Assembly: GCA_013239625.1 (NCBI GenBank)
Contig: MU053881.1
Span: forward strand, 11,026,873 to 11,090,872
DNA length: 64,000 nucleotides
Source of the DNA: Lama guanicoe
Lineage: Eukaryota
Direction: 5' to 3'
Below, one piece after another: positions 63,885-64,000 of this stretch (positions within the stretch are counted from its first letter, which is position 1; each line of letters begins with the position of its first letter). The translations under genes and the position numbers were made by a program. The notes under the pieces are model-generated. The model was not told where the DNA came from. It did no database searches and saw only the letters and a list, made by a program, of their open reading frames with translations.

Positions 63885-64000
63885 GGCCACAGTAAGCAGA
63901 GAATCCTTCTTGGGGAAGATGGAATTCACTCTGAACTTGAAAGCTGAGTCAGTCCTAGAAAGATGAAGATCAACTGACTGAAGTTTAGAGTGAACTTACG

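Noticed and set aside
1..64000. All supplied six-frame ORFs as protein-coding genes
   Set aside because: All are 122 aa or shorter, many start at non-ATG codons, many lie in decayed repeats or low-complexity DNA, and none resembles a cellular protein I recognise. The only recognisable peptides are ERVL and LINE remnants.
1..64000. CRISPR array, operon or prokaryotic defence system
   Set aside because: No regularly spaced direct repeats and no gene-dense segment; the sequence is mammalian repeat-rich non-coding DNA throughout.

Overview
This is AT-rich, CpG-poor eutherian mammal genomic DNA, either intergenic or inside a large intron. I could not support any protein-coding exon, RNA gene or CRISPR-like system. 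The supplied ORFs are short and many lie inside decayed repeats. The window is a mosaic of ancient transposable elements: MIR, L2, old L1M, MaLR MLT1, LTR16, a collapsed LTR52/ERVL provirus with integrase and dUTPase-region remnants, and MER5/MER20/MER58/MER2 DNA elements. It also holds a few younger insertions. A young L1 3' end at 58430-58662 resembles camelid L1s as I recall them, and I saw no Alu, B1/B2, Bov-tA/BovB, PRE or SINEC elements, so a camelid origin is likely but inferred. The most unusual structure is a heavily deleted old L1 (32640-35805, minus strand) that has received two apparent L1-mediated retro-insertions. One is a ~330 bp copy of an endogenous-retrovirus 5' transcript (R-U5, tRNA-His primer-binding site, short leader, A-rich tail, probable target-site duplication). 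The other is ~1.3 kb of unique-looking sequence ending in an A-rich tail. Also notable are an intact 606 bp ERV1-type solo LTR with a 4 bp TSD in a three-level nest, a perfect 15 bp hairpin, and several candidate CTCF/enhancer motif clusters. Repeat family names come from recalled consensus sequences, not a database search. Boundaries of old repeats are approximate (tens of bp).
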